From positions 75,753 to 139,752 of the forward strand of contig JAFTSG010000003.1 of NCBI GenBank assembly GCA_017467445.1: a DNA stretch of 64,000 nucleotides. Direction: 5' to 3'. How positions within the stretch are numbered: the stretch's first letter is position 1; every line of letters starts with the position of its first letter. Position numbers and translations under genes: made by a program. Below are positions 26,077-35,764 of this stretch, one piece after another. Under the pieces are notes generated by a model. It saw only the letters and a program-made list of their open reading frames with translations, searched no databases and had not been told where the DNA came from. The DNA is from Clostridia bacterium (GTDB lineage Bacteria; Bacillota; Clostridia; RUG12999).

Positions 26077-27516
26077 CTATTTCAAAAGTTCGATTGCCTT
26101 GTTGTACTGGCTATCAATAAGGACTTCCATATTCCTTGTTGCGTTATGAAGGTCAACCTGTGTCATTATGTCCATTTTGCCGGTAACCTCGTGAGAATAA
26201 GTTTCCTGAAACAGTTTTACAGCCGCACGTGTATCGTTGTCAAATACACCGTCTACCTGACCGGTATAGATATTAAGCAGGTTAAGACGCTGTTCTATTG
26301 TATAAATGCTTTCTTCGGATGAATTTTCATTTATTTCCGCCGAAAATTCAATATCCTTTACTTCAGGATGCTGCGAAAGAAGGCATTTTTTGTTTTTTAT
26401 TTCAAAATCCGGAATTACACCGATACCGTCAACCGGAGTACCTTTTGCAGTTGTATATGTAGCAATTGTAAGTCTGAATCCTGCACCTGTAAGAAGTCCG
26501 TTTACTGTCTGTACGGTACCTTTTCCGTAGGTTGTTGTACCAACAATTTGAGCTGATTTTGTATCTTTCATTGTGCCGGCAAAGGCTTCCGCCGCACTTG
26601 CGCTATATTCGTTCACAAGCACAACAATTTTATATTTCTTTGAGTTATCTTTATTGTTATAATACTTTTCGTTTTGTTTTGAGTCCTTGAATTCAATGTT
26701 GAAAATAGGTCCTTTTGGTGTAAACATACGCAGGATTTCAATAAGCGCATCCTTATCACCACCTGGGTTGTTACGCAAATCTATGATAAGCTTTTTAATT
26801 CCCGCTTTATCAAAATACTCCATCTGCTCTTTTACTTCCGATGCTGTATGTGTTGAAAAGCTTGATATTGCAAGGTATCCTATTTTGCCGTCTTCAACAA
26901 TGCTTCCCGCTACGGTTTTCTGTTCAAATTTATCTCTTATAATTGTGAAATAAATGATTCCTTCCTGACCTGCACGATGGATACCGATTTTCACCTCTGT
27001 TCCCTTGTCGCCCGTAATGATGCTTTGCGCATATGCAAGACTTTTACCGGTAATATCTTCATCGTCTACACTTACAATTACGTCACCCGAAAGAATACCG
27101 GCTTTTTTTGCAGGAGAATTTTCAATAGGACTTACAACAACTATTTCGCCGCCCCGTTCCTGCACGTTTACACCTATACCGCACACAGACGCCTCTATTG
27201 AACCCATAAGGTCCTGCATTTCTTCATAGTTAAGAAACTCCGAGTTTTTATCAAGTGACCCGAAAGCTGTTTTAAGAATTTCTTCAAATAGCTCCGGATT
27301 TTCGTCAAGCATTTTCTTTACAACAGTTTCATAAAGCTGACCTTCGGTTACTCCGAATTTATAGTTTTCAGCAATAAATTCCATTATCATATCCATATAT
27401 TCTACTGTGAATGCGTAGTCTTTTTCCGTTTCTTCGGCAAAGACTGCAGTAGAAAAAAGTATTGTAAAAGCAAGAAGTAATGCTGCTATTTTTTTCATTA
27501 TTATCCTCCTATTCAA
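26077..27516 (-). CDS. S41 C-terminal processing peptidase (CtpA/CtpB-like) with PDZ and peptidoglycan-binding domains
   Basis: 479 aa. Signal peptide, PDZ (GIGVNV...SPIENSPAKKAGILSGD), DLRNNPGG, SASAAEAF, YGKGT, and C-terminal GQVDGVFDNDTRAAVKLFQ. Confidence 0.9.
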   Translation of the reverse strand: MNRRIIMKKIAALLLAFTILFSTAVFAEETEKDYAFTVEYMDMIMEFIAENYKFGVTEGQLYETVVKKMLDENPELFEEILKTAFGSLDKNSEFLNYEEMQDLMGSIEASVCGIGVNVQERGGEIVVVSPIENSPAKKAGILSGDVIVSVDDEDITGKSLAYAQSIITGDKGTEVKIGIHRAGQEGIIYFTIIRDKFEQKTVAGSIVEDGKIGYLAISSFSTHTASEVKEQMEYFDKAGIKKLIIDLRNNPGGDKDALIEILRMFTPKGPIFNIEFKDSKQNEKYYNNKDNSKKYKIVVLVNEYSASAAEAFAGTMKDTKSAQIVGTTTYGKGTVQTVNGLLTGAGFRLTIATYTTAKGTPVDGIGVIPDFEIKNKKCLLSQHPEVKDIEFSAEINENSSEESIYTIEQRLNLLNIYTGQVDGVFDNDTRAAVKLFQETYSHEVTGKMDIMTQVDLHNATRNMEVLIDSQYNKAIELLK

Positions 27517-28612
27517 TCACAAGACGGTAAACTCTTTCAATACCGCCTGCCCACGTGCTTTTCATATATGCAAAACAAAACTTATCAAAAATTGTGTTAA
27601 GCTCGTCCTTATTTATCTGTTTATGTTTAAACATCAGTTCTGTTTCATTTTTTATCTGCATCTGCATAAAATCAGATGTTTCGCCGCTTGTATAAGATTT
27701 TGCATTATCAAGAACAATATATCCGCCAGGACTATCGTAAAAATACAGGTTTCCAGAATATACCGAAAGCTCGCCTGTATATTCTTCTTTCTTTTCGTAT
27801 TCCGTTACACTTGCAAAATAAAGGGCTTTGTCTTTCATATAAAGTTTGATTTTATCCCCTACCCGAAGTGCGCCCGATGTATCTGTCCTGCCCTTGCCTA
27901 TTACAACAAGCTCGTTATCAAGCTGCATAAATACAGGGGTATTTTTATCAAGGTCAACACGTATTTCAATGTAGTTTTTTTCAGTGGAAACTGCAATAAC
28001 ACGATTTATTTTATCTTTAGTATATTTTTCGGTTATTTTGACAACCTTACCCTCATGAAGAACCATTCCCATTTTGGGAAGTATATGCGGTTCAAAAAAT
28101 GAAAGCACAAGTGCAATATCACTTTTTGTCATATATGTAGCTTTATAGTTCGGCATTTCCGCTTCATCCGCACCGTGCAGAGTTTTCATCCATCCGACAA
28201 AGCGTTTTGCCGTTACGGGTGCATCCTTATAAAGCGGATTTTGCTTTTCGTAGCACTGAACAAACTCGTGCGATGTCATAAGTCCGTCGTTAAGTGCATG
28301 CATAAAAAAGCCATCTGCCCATGCAGATTCATCATACTCACCAAGTCCTGCTTTTTTGCGCATTTCGGGGTTAATTGAATCATTAAGACAATCCTGTTCT
28401 TTGCCCACTGTCCTGTAGGCAATACGAAGTGCGACGGCGTTTGAAAAATACTTATCATCATCAAAATCCTGAAATATTATGCCAAGCGCTGTCATTTCAT
28501 TTTCACCGCGACTTGCCGTTTCATCAAGTGCGCCAAGAATTTCCATAACCTCTTCGGCACTTCCTTCAATTGGAAGATAAACCGCCGCCTGTCCGGTTAC
28601 GGGAAAAAGCAT
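27509..28612 (-). CDS. exported hypothetical protein (start uncertain; may extend to about 28657)
   Basis: 367-aa ORF overlapping the S41 start by 8 nt. A signal-peptide-like segment lies upstream of the first ATG (see finding). Confidence 0.5.
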   Translation of the reverse strand: MLFPVTGQAAVYLPIEGSAEEVMEILGALDETASRGENEMTALGIIFQDFDDDKYFSNAVALRIAYRTVGKEQDCLNDSINPEMRKKAGLGEYDESAWADGFFMHALNDGLMTSHEFVQCYEKQNPLYKDAPVTAKRFVGWMKTLHGADEAEMPNYKATYMTKSDIALVLSFFEPHILPKMGMVLHEGKVVKITEKYTKDKINRVIAVSTEKNYIEIRVDLDKNTPVFMQLDNELVVIGKGRTDTSGALRVGDKIKLYMKDKALYFASVTEYEKKEEYTGELSVYSGNLYFYDSPGGYIVLDNAKSYTSGETSDFMQMQIKNETELMFKHKQINKDELNTIFDKFCFAYMKSTWAGGIERVYRLVIE

Positions 28613-28736
28613 TAATATTATGCTTAAAATTAATATGCAAACTATACTTTTTTTTATGGTAATTCACTCCCAAAACTTCATACTTATAGTTTAAACTTTA
28701 AGCGGCAATTTGTCAAGTAATTTAACGTGCATTTTA

Positions 28737-28765
28737 TTGACATTACCTGCTTAATATGGTAAAAT
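28737..28765 (+). promoter_or_regulatory. sigma-A-type promoter of rqcH-queA
   Basis: TTGACA (28737-28742), 17-nt spacer, TGgTAAAAT (28760-28765). Followed by the 5' hairpin TAAGCTGA-CTCCCC-TCGGCTTA (28771-28792). Confidence 0.6.
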
Positions 28766-28814
28766 TGGAGTAAGCTGACTCCCCTCGGCTTAGCTTTTGA
28801 TATTGGAGGAAATT

Positions 28815-30569
28815 ATGGCTTTTGACGGTATTACAATGAAATGCATAGCTACCGAACTTAGCACCCGGCTTTGCGGCGGCAGAGTGGACAAAATATATAT
28901 GCCCGATAAGGACACTATTGTAATTTCTGTACGTAGCACAGGAAAAAATTACAAGCTTTTTTTATGTGCCAATCCCTCCATTCCAAGGATTTATCTTACC
29001 GAAAGTGCAAGAGAAAATCCGCTTTCTCCGCCTGTTTTCTGTATGCTTCTTCGTAAGCATTTAAGCGGCGGACATATAACGCACATTTCCTGTCCCGATG
29101 TTGAAAGGGTTATTGAAATCGGGATTGAATCCAAAAATGAGCTTGGCGATATTGGTGTAAAACGTCTTATAATTGAAATTATGGGTCGATACAGCAATAT
29201 TCTGCTTGTAAATGAAAACGGTTCTATTGCCGATTGCGTGCGTAAAATTGATGCATCTGCCCCCGGTGAACGTATACTTTTGCCCGGTGTGAAATATGAG
29301 TTTCCTCCAAAACAGAACAAGGTTTCTCCGCTTGAAACGGATTTTGATGAAATACGCAGCATTGTTTCTGCATGTCCCGATGAATTAAAAATGGACAAAC
29401 ATATTTTAAATTCCTTTGCCGGACTCTCCCCTGCGGTGGCGCGCGATTTTGTATATGCCGCCTGCGGTGATATGGATGCACAAGGAATGAGCTTTGATGA
29501 TGAAACGAAAGCTATTCTTGCAAAACATATTGCAGGAATATTTGATAAAATAAAAGTTTCCGAATTTGAGCCTGTTATTATTAAAAATGACGATACGCTG
29601 CCGTTTGATTTTTCATGTTTTGATTTGAAACAGTATGACACAAAAGAGCGTGTCCCCGCACTTTGTGAAGTGCTGGATGATTTTTATATAGAACGCGAAA
29701 TAAGGCAGAGGTTAAATCAGAAAAGCAGCGAAATTTCAAAAACGGTTTCCAACCTGCTTGCAAGATACAGAAAAAAAGCTACTCTTCAGCAACAGGACAT
29801 TGAAAACGCAGGTCAAATGGATAAATACAAACTGTATGGCGACCTGATTACTGCAAACATATACCAGATTAACGCAGGTGACACACGGCTTATTGCACAG
29901 AATTTTTATGACGAAAATCTGCCGGAGATTGAAATTCCGCTTGACGCAAATCTTTCTCCTGCGAAAAACGCAAGTAAGTTTTATGCCAAATACAACAAAC
30001 TCAAAAGCACCGCTATTCACGCAGCTCGGCAGCTTGAAATTACAAATTCGGATATTGAATATCTGATGAGTGTAGAGTCATCTATTGATACCTGCGAAAA
30101 TATGCGCGATATTGCCGAAATTCGTCGTGAGCTTGAGGCAGGCGGATATATAAAAGCACAGAAGAACTCGGAAAAACCGAAAAAGGACGAGACGATTGTT
30201 TTAAACAAATTCATCAGCTCCGACGGGTTTGAAATTTATGTGGGTAAAACCAGCCGTCAGAATGATTATCTGACGATGAAATTCGCGCGGTCCCGAGATA
30301 TATGGATGCATACCAAAAACATCCCCGGCTCGCATACTGTAATTATAACCGGCGGCAAAGATGTGCCTGACAGAACGCTTGAAGAGGCGGCAAATTTGGC
30401 GGCATATTATTCAAAGGCAAGACAAAGCAGCGGCGTTGCGGTTGATTATACCGAAATTAAAAATGTTAAAAAACCATCCGGCGCAAAACCCGGTATGGTT
30501 ATATATGAGGAGTATTACACGATTTATGTTACTCCCGACGAAGAAAAAGTGAAAGAGATGTCAAAATGA
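28815..30569 (+). CDS. rqcH: ribosome quality control factor RqcH (NFACT / FbpA-like)
   Basis: [16 protein letters not shown]-terminus (NFACT-N), coiled-coil middle, C-terminal [16 protein letters not shown] (NFACT-R). ATG is 7 nt after GGAGGA. Confidence 0.9.
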   Translation: MAFDGITMKCIATELSTRLCGGRVDKIYMPDKDTIVISVRSTGKNYKLFLCANPSIPRIYLTESARENPLSPPVFCMLLRKHLSGGHITHISCPDVERVIEIGIESKNELGDIGVKRLIIEIMGRYSNILLVNENGSIADCVRKIDASAPGERILLPGVKYEFPPKQNKVSPLETDFDEIRSIVSACPDELKMDKHILNSFAGLSPAVARDFVYAACGDMDAQGMSFDDETKAILAKHIAGIFDKIKVSEFEPVIIKNDDTLPFDFSCFDLKQYDTKERVPALCEVLDDFYIEREIRQRLNQKSSEISKTVSNLLARYRKKATLQQQDIENAGQMDKYKLYGDLITANIYQINAGDTRLIAQNFYDENLPEIEIPLDANLSPAKNASKFYAKYNKLKSTAIHAARQLEITNSDIEYLMSVESSIDTCENMRDIAEIRRELEAGGYIKAQKNSEKPKKDETIVLNKFISSDGFEIYVGKTSRQNDYLTMKFARSRDIWMHTKNIPGSHTVIITGGKDVPDRTLEEAANLAAYYSKARQSSGVAVDYTEIKNVKKPSGAKPGMVIYEEYYTIYVTPDEEKVKEMSK

Positions 30570-31591
30570 AACTTGATTTATTTGATTATTATCTTCCCGA
30601 AGAGCTTATTGCACAAACACCGCTTGAAAAACGTGACACGTCACGTCTTTTAAAGCTTGACAGACAAAGCGGCGAAACCCAGCACGGAAGTTTCAGGGAT
30701 ATTAAAAAATACTTAAAAAAAGGCGACTGCCTTATTCTTAACGACACAAGGGTTATTCCCGCAAGGCTGTACGGTCAGCGCGAAGATTCCGGCGCAGAGG
30801 TTGAATTTTTACTTTTGAAACGAATTTCAACTACTGACTGGGAGGTTATTGTACGTCCGGGTAAAAAGCTTAAAGAAGGACGGCGCGTCGTTTTTGGCGG
30901 CGGTAAGCTGAAAGCTGAAATTATCGAGGTGCTTGAAACAGGCAATCGTATTGCAAGGTTTGAATATGACGGGGTTTTTGAAAATATTCTTGAAGAGCTT
31001 GGCGAGATGCCGCTCCCCCATTACATAACACATAAGCTTGAAGATAAAAACCGATATCAGACGGTTTATGCAAAATATGACGGGTCGGCGGCGGCACCTA
31101 CAGCGGGACTCCATTTTACACCTGAGCTGATGGACGAAATACGCGCTTTGGGCGTTAATATTGCATATGTTACCCTGCACGTAGGCCTTGGTACGTTCCG
31201 CCCTGTTAAGGTGGAAAATATTGAAGAACACGAAATGCACAGCGAATATTACATTATGCCCGAAGAAACCGCAAAAATTATAAACGAAACTAAGGAAAAT
31301 GGCGGCAGGGTTATTGCTGTGGGCACAACCTCCTGCAGAACGCTTGAATCCGTTGCAGACGAATCGGGACTTGTCCGCCCGTGCAGCGGAAGTACGGATA
31401 TATTCATTTATCCAGGGTATAAATTTAAACTTATTGACGGGCTTATAACTAATTTTCATTTACCGAAATCCACACTTATAATGCTTGTAAGTACGTTTGC
31501 AGGACGTGAAAACACAATGAATGCATATAAAGAAGCAGTAAACGAAAAATACAGATTTTTCAGTTTCGGCGATTCAATGATAATTATTTAA
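30566..31591 (+). CDS. queA: S-adenosylmethionine:tRNA ribosyltransferase-isomerase
   Basis: 341 aa. [29 protein letters not shown] and [10 protein letters not shown] blocks. Confidence 0.95.
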   Translation: MKLDLFDYYLPEELIAQTPLEKRDTSRLLKLDRQSGETQHGSFRDIKKYLKKGDCLILNDTRVIPARLYGQREDSGAEVEFLLLKRISTTDWEVIVRPGKKLKEGRRVVFGGGKLKAEIIEVLETGNRIARFEYDGVFENILEELGEMPLPHYITHKLEDKNRYQTVYAKYDGSAAAPTAGLHFTPELMDEIRALGVNIAYVTLHVGLGTFRPVKVENIEEHEMHSEYYIMPEETAKIINETKENGGRVIAVGTTSCRTLESVADESGLVRPCSGSTDIFIYPGYKFKLIDGLITNFHLPKSTLIMLVSTFAGRENTMNAYKEAVNEKYRFFSFGDSMIII

Positions 31592-31595
31592 TAAT

Positions 31596-31621
31596 AAAAA
31601 GCACCTTTTAGGTGCTTTTTA
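31596..31621. terminator. bidirectional terminator
   Basis: AAAAGCACC-TTTTA-GGTGCTTTT between convergent queA and dpaB. Confidence 0.8.
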
Positions 31622-32195
31622 TTATTATCGGTTGAAGCTGTTTTCCCTCAACTGCCGCAATTGTTGCGGGCACTACAAGGTTAAAATCTGCAATCATTGA
31701 ATTTGGTTTTTTTATCGGGTCATCCTGACCGTAGGGAACAAAAAATATGTTCTTTGCAAGAAGCAGTTGACCTATATTCCGTGCAGATGCGCCAAGCGCA
31801 TCGTTTGTTGAAACTGCCACTATAAGCGGTTTCAAGTTGCGCAGGTGTGCTTTTGCCGCCATTGTGACACATGTATCATTAATGCCGTTTGCAAGTTTTG
31901 AGATGGTGTTTCCTGTACACGGCGCAATAACAAGTGCATCAAGAAGCTTTTTAGGTCCGATAGGTTCCGCATCTTTAATTGTGGAAATAATAGTGTTTCC
32001 CGATAGCTCCTGCATTGCCGATTTGAAATGCTCGGCTGTGCCGAACCGAGTGTCCGTTTTTTCTACAATTTCGCTCATAATGGGTATTACATTTGCACCG
32101 GCTGCTTTAAGCTGTGCAATTTGCTTTATTGCCGTTTCAAGTGTGCAAAACGAACCTGTAACCGCAAATCCGACCGTAAGCCCTTCTAAATTCAT
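31608..32195 (-). CDS. dpaB: dipicolinate synthase subunit B (flavoprotein)
   Basis: MNLEGLTVGFAVTGSFCT start behind a GGGGGAGG RBS, ...APCTGNT.... Follows dpaA. Confidence 0.9.
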   Translation of the reverse strand: MNLEGLTVGFAVTGSFCTLETAIKQIAQLKAAGANVIPIMSEIVEKTDTRFGTAEHFKSAMQELSGNTIISTIKDAEPIGPKKLLDALVIAPCTGNTISKLANGINDTCVTMAAKAHLRNLKPLIVAVSTNDALGASARNIGQLLLAKNIFFVPYGQDDPIKKPNSMIADFNLVVPATIAAVEGKQLQPIIIKST

Positions 32196-32215
32196 AAAAC
32201 CTGCACCTCCCCCTT

Positions 32216-33067
32216 TTAAATCTCGTTTATTATATTCATAACTGTATCTGCAATTATTTCGCCTGCCGAATCGGGCGCTGTTTTCCCCGGAAGTGAAAGC
32301 GCCCATATAACGTTTATCCCAAGCTTTTTCCCCGCATCAAAATCCACCCCTCCGGGTTTTGATGCAAGATCTATAATTAATGCATCTCCTCGCACTATTT
32401 TCAACACTCTCTCATCAAATATCATATGCGGTACTGTATTAAAAATAAGCGGATATTCATATACATCTTCAGCTATTTCTCCTGTTGGTACAGGTGTATA
32501 TCCATAGGCTTTTATCCACGCAAGGTCCGAGCACTTTCTGGCACTGCAGGTTACATCAGCACCAAATGCCGAAAGCATTTTGGCAAGAACTTTTCCTATT
32601 CTTCCAAATCCCACGACAAGACACTTCATTTTATTAAGTGTACGAGGCATATTCCGCATTGCTATTTCAATAGCTCCTTCCGCAGTGGGAACTGCATTTA
32701 AAACGGCAAATTCTTCCCTTTCAAGATAATCAGCATAACGCACCTTCTTTTCGTCAAGTGCATTCTTTAATTCAGGCGAAAGCTTACCTCCTGCTACAAT
32801 GGCATCCTTTTCAAGTGCCGAAACAAATCTTTTTATACTGATATTTGGTGTGCAGTTTATACAGCAATCGTCCGATGCAGGAAGCCCCAGAAGTACTATT
32901 TTTGCGCCGCAAAGTACTTCTTCTGCCGATGATGCAAGTGCTGCCCCTTTATACAAACTTTCTTTATTAAAACCGAAAAGGTATACATCAAATCCGTTTT
33001 TTGCAAGATGCCGCGCCGCCGCTACCTGACGCATATCCCCGCCTATTACAGCTATTTTTTTAGCCAT
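32216..33067 (-). CDS. dpaA: dipicolinate synthase subunit A
   Basis: 283 aa. MAKKIAVIGGDMRQ and the NAD-binding VVGFGRIGK motif; paired with dpaB. Confidence 0.9.
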   Translation of the reverse strand: MAKKIAVIGGDMRQVAAARHLAKNGFDVYLFGFNKESLYKGAALASSAEEVLCGAKIVLLGLPASDDCCINCTPNISIKRFVSALEKDAIVAGGKLSPELKNALDEKKVRYADYLEREEFAVLNAVPTAEGAIEIAMRNMPRTLNKMKCLVVGFGRIGKVLAKMLSAFGADVTCSARKCSDLAWIKAYGYTPVPTGEIAEDVYEYPLIFNTVPHMIFDERVLKIVRGDALIIDLASKPGGVDFDAGKKLGINVIWALSLPGKTAPDSAGEIIADTVMNIINEI

Positions 33068-33199
33068 ATATATCCACTTCCTTCATAAGATGCATTAATA
33101 TATTAACATATTATGCATTTTTCGGCTGTGCGGTTACTTGCGTTTTTTATATTTTTGGATTATAATAGAAAGTGATAAATTATGCTTAAGGATTACGAT

Positions 33200-35710
33200 A
33201 TGAAAAGATTATGTATTGGAATTCTTGCCCATGTTGACAGCGGAAAAACCACACTTTGTGAGGGGCTTCTTTTTGCCGCAGGCGAAATACGAAGGCTGGG
33301 CAGGGTTGACCATAAGGATGCTTTCCTTGATACAAACGAAATAGAACGTGACAGAGGAATTACAATTTTCTCTAAACAGGCAATTATAAACGCGTTTGAT
33401 ACGAAAATCAGTTTGCTTGACACTCCGGGACACGTGGATTTTTCTGCCGAAACCGAAAGAACTCTACGTGTGATTGACTATGCCATTTTGGTAATAAGCG
33501 GGTCGGAGGGGGTACAAAGCCATACAAAAACCCTTTGGAATTTGCTTTCCCATTACGGTGTACCAACCTTTATTTTTGTAAATAAAATGGATTTGCCGGA
33601 AACGAACAGAGAAAATATGCTCTCCGAACTTCAGACCGAGCTTTCCGGCGGATGTATTGATTTTGAAAATTTTGATTATGAACAGGCCGCAACACTTGAT
33701 GATGCTCTTTTTGAAGAATATATGTCAAGTGACAGTTTGTCTGAAAAATCCATTAAAAATGCCATTTCCGGACGCAAAATATTCCCCTGCTTTTTCGGTT
33801 CGGCACTTAAAAATGAGGGTGTTGATTCTTTTCTTGAAAATGTTTGTAAGTTTACATCGGAAAAGAAAACAAACGAAGAATTCGGTGCAAAGGTGTTTAA
33901 AATTTCGGAAGATGAACGAGGCGTGCGCCTTACTCATATAAAAGTTACAAGCGGAAGTCTTAAAGTAAAAAGTGTAATTGGTGACAATAAGATTAACGAG
34001 ATTCGTATTTATTCGGGTGTAAAATACACTCCTTCGCAGGAGGTTTTTGCGGGTGAGGTGGCGGCTGTTACGGGACTTCCTGAAAGCTATCCCGGTATGG
34101 GGCTTGGGTGCGACCCGGACAGCGGCGAGCTTACTATGGAGCCGGTATTTACCTACAGCGTAGTTTTACCGGATGGAGCTGATATTCATACTGCCCTTAC
34201 TGCACTTCGCAAGATAGAGCAGGAAGAAACGCAGATGCACGTTATTTACAACGAGCTTCTGCAGAAAATTGATGTGCAGATTATGGGAATGGTTCAGCTT
34301 GAAGTATTAAAACGAATACTCGCTGACAGATTTTCCATTGACGCAGAGTTTGAACACGGAAGTATTATATATAAAGAAAGTATTGCAACTGCAGTTGAGG
34401 GTGTTGGGCATTATGAGCCGCTGCGCCATTATTCCGAGGTGCATTTACTCTTAGAACCGGGTAAACGCGGCAGCGGGCTTGTATTCAAATCCGCCTGCAG
34501 TGAGGATGTACTTGACCGCAATTGGCAGCGCCTTATTATGACACATCTTAAAGAAAAGACGCATCTTGGTGTGCTGACAGGCTCGCCCATTACGGATATG
34601 AAAATAACCCTTGTCAACGGACGTGCACATCAGAAGCATACCGAGGGCGGTGATTTCCGTCAGTCGACATACCGCGCGGTGCGGCAGGGACTGATGATGG
34701 CGGAAAGCGTACTTCTTGAGCCGTATTACAATTTTGTGCTTGAAGTACCGCTTGACAAAACAGGTCGTGCAATGACGGATTTGCAGCAGATGGGTGCGGA
34801 GTTTAAGCCTCCGGTTACGAAAGAAAATACAACCGTTATTTCGGGTAGCGCACCTGTTTCTCGTGTACGTGACTATCACCTTGAGGTGATTTCATATACG
34901 CACGGTGAGGGCACTCTTTCATGCAGTTTCGGCGGATATATGCCGTGTCAGAATGCGGATGAAGTAATAGAAAAAATCGGATATAATCCTGAAGCAGATA
35001 CCGCAAACAGCGCCGATTCCGTATTTTGTGAGCGTGGCAGTGGATTTACGGTTAAGTGGAATGAAGTTTATGATTATATGCACATTCCCCTGCTTTCAGA
35101 TAAGAAGAAAGAAAACGAGCCTATTGTGCGGAAATATGAAAAGATTACCGCAAGCGAGGAAGAACTTTTAAAGATATACGAAAGCGTGTACGGCAAGATA
35201 AAACGTGAGCTGCCAAGACCGATGAAAACACCGAAAACTCCTAAGCCATATAAAGAAAAACCGATTGCAAACATGCAGACATATCTGCTGATTGACGGAT
35301 ATAATATTATCTTTGCATCGAATGAGCTTAAAGCTATAGCGCAGGACAGCTTTGATGCGGCACGCGAAATTCTTATCCGAAAAGTATGCAATTACAAGGC
35401 AGTTCGCCCGTACAATATCATTCTTGTGTTTGACGCATATAAGGTAAAGGGCGCAAAACGTGAGATTGAGGAAATAAGCGGTATTACTGTTGTGTATACA
35501 AAAGAAGCGGAAACCGCCGATGCGTATATTGAAAAAACGTCGAAAGAGCTTGCAAAGAATTACCGAGTTCGTGTTGCAACCTCTGACGGACTTGAGCAGA
35601 TTATTATTTTCAGTCAGGGCGCAATGCGAATTCCCGCATCGGAATTCTGGGCGGAAGTAAACACCGCCGAGGATGAAATAAGGGAATTTATAAAAGAATA
35701 TAATAGATAA
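33200..35710 (+). CDS. EF-G/TetM-like translational GTPase fused to a C-terminal NYN (Rae1/YacP-like) nuclease domain
   Basis: G domain AHVDSGKTTL, DTPGHVDF, NKMD, followed by EF-G-like domains II-V. A Lys/Pro linker leads to YLLIDGYNIIF...LVFDAYKV...ETADAYIE...VATSDGLEQ. Start at 33200 (AAGGA RBS) or 33182. Confidence 0.8.
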   Translation: MKRLCIGILAHVDSGKTTLCEGLLFAAGEIRRLGRVDHKDAFLDTNEIERDRGITIFSKQAIINAFDTKISLLDTPGHVDFSAETERTLRVIDYAILVISGSEGVQSHTKTLWNLLSHYGVPTFIFVNKMDLPETNRENMLSELQTELSGGCIDFENFDYEQAATLDDALFEEYMSSDSLSEKSIKNAISGRKIFPCFFGSALKNEGVDSFLENVCKFTSEKKTNEEFGAKVFKISEDERGVRLTHIKVTSGSLKVKSVIGDNKINEIRIYSGVKYTPSQEVFAGEVAAVTGLPESYPGMGLGCDPDSGELTMEPVFTYSVVLPDGADIHTALTALRKIEQEETQMHVIYNELLQKIDVQIMGMVQLEVLKRILADRFSIDAEFEHGSIIYKESIATAVEGVGHYEPLRHYSEVHLLLEPGKRGSGLVFKSACSEDVLDRNWQRLIMTHLKEKTHLGVLTGSPITDMKITLVNGRAHQKHTEGGDFRQSTYRAVRQGLMMAESVLLEPYYNFVLEVPLDKTGRAMTDLQQMGAEFKPPVTKENTTVISGSAPVSRVRDYHLEVISYTHGEGTLSCSFGGYMPCQNADEVIEKIGYNPEADTANSADSVFCERGSGFTVKWNEVYDYMHIPLLSDKKKENEPIVRKYEKITASEEELLKIYESVYGKIKRELPRPMKTPKTPKPYKEKPIANMQTYLLIDGYNIIFASNELKAIAQDSFDAAREILIRKVCNYKAVRPYNIILVFDAYKVKGAKREIEEISGITVVYTKEAETADAYIEKTSKELAKNYRVRVATSDGLEQIIIFSQGAMRIPASEFWAEVNTAEDEIREFIKEYNR

Positions 35711-35740
35711 GGGTGAAAGCAGTTGCTTTCACCCTTTGTT
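35711..35740 (+). terminator. terminator hairpin T1 (copy 1 of a duplicated hairpin)
   Basis: GGGTGAAAGC-AGTT-GCTTTCACCC followed by TTTGTT, directly after the stop at 35708-35710. Confidence 0.65.
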
Positions 35741-35747
35741 ATCGCAA

Positions 35748-35764
35748 GACATAGAACCGTCCCC
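35748..35764 (+). repeat. 17-nt motif copy A (GACATAGAACCGTCCCC)
   Basis: Near-identical copies at 39912-39928 (inverted) and 40719-40735 (direct). Confidence 0.85.

Noticed and set aside
33200-35710. Calling the GTPase a tetracycline ribosomal-protection resistance gene (TetM/TetO)
   Set aside because: Only the general EF-G/TetM-like architecture is visible. The sequence is divergent and carries an extra NYN domain. A resistance call cannot be supported without a database comparison.
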